IMG/VR virus record: IMGVR_UViG_3300042434_002493
Span: 16,436 to 80,435 of that record
Strand: one strand, 5' to 3'
Source: a virus
DNA: 64,000 bases
Position numbers and translations under genes: made by a program. The notes under the pieces were generated by a model. It did not search any database and was not told where the DNA came from. It saw only the letters and a program-made list of their open reading frames with translations. Positions 63,687 through 64,000 of the stretch are shown here, piece by piece (the first letter of the stretch is position 1; every line of letters starts with the position of its first letter).

Positions 63687-64000
63687 TCGTCCTCGAAGCA
63701 GGTCACGGGGCGCGCCCCGACCTCGTAGAGGCCCCGGCCGAAGCCGGCGCGTGTGTCTTTGCCCGTGTCGGGCTTCAACTTTCCCTCCAAGACCTTGCGG
63801 GCGAAGAAGACAGGTTTCTCGGAGCCGCGCGCCTGTACGAGGGCCGCCTCGACCTTGCGACCGCCGTGCGCCTTGAACAGGTCCACCAGGACCGCCATTT
63901 GCCGCCCGTCGAGCATGAGCCCCGGCGCACGGATCGGCACCTGCCCCTTGTCGTTGGGCCGCTTCTTGCCGTCCGCATTGGACTGGGCCTGGAGAGCCAT
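63683..64000 (-). CDS. C-terminal part of a probable replication initiator (5' end outside the window)
   Basis: Coupled upstream of the DnaC-like gene; KPVFFARKVLE resembles DnaD-like C-termini. Confidence 0.45.
   Translation of the reverse strand: MALQAQSNADGKKRPNDKGQVPIRAPGLMLDGRQMAVLVDLFKAHGGRKVEAALVQARGSEKPVFFARKVLEGKLKPDTGKDTRAGFGRGLYEVGARPVTCFEDE

Noticed and set aside
1-64000. tRNA, rRNA, integrase/att sites, terminase, portal
   Set aside because: None recognised by eye. They probably lie outside the window, so lifestyle and host remain undetermined.

Overview
GC-rich (about 70% by eye) segment of a tailed contractile-tail (myovirus-type) phage or prophage. No host housekeeping genes, integrase, terminase, portal, tRNA, rRNA or CRISPR array were recognised. 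Layout: (1) 1-18.3 kb, three giant probable virion-cargo genes: a DarB-like adenine methyltransferase-SNF2 helicase; a 1509-aa chain of Zn-finger, pyrophosphatase-like, GNAT, PAPS-reductase-like and Mom-like domains; and a 2831-aa protein with a second SNF2 ATPase interrupted by a ParB-like domain. (2) 19.2-49.7 kb, a morphogenesis operon whose protease, capsid, neck, sheath and chaperone genes resemble, in my recall of the families, the Twort/K/SPO1 (Herelleviridae) module. It includes two tandem tape-measure-like paralogues. (3) 49.9-59.4 kb, small early genes around an MT-A70 methyltransferase, an XRE regulator and a duplicated promoter cassette. (4) 59.5-64 kb, minus-strand DUF5131, SleB-like hydrolase, RecU-like resolvase and DnaC-like loader genes. 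The strongest novel signal: the cargo proteins look like polyproteins. Their modules are bounded by an E-[GA]-x-K-[AS] motif that also recurs in the protease and scaffold, with a variant at the likely capsid maturation site. Four modules start with a repeated ~35-aa header (GDxxH[GA]GxLHxExRTDxxGRTxx[RK][HW][VI]). This suggests a tag-and-cleave system that loads DNA-modifying or anti-defence enzymes into the capsid. All family assignments come from motif recognition; no database search was run.
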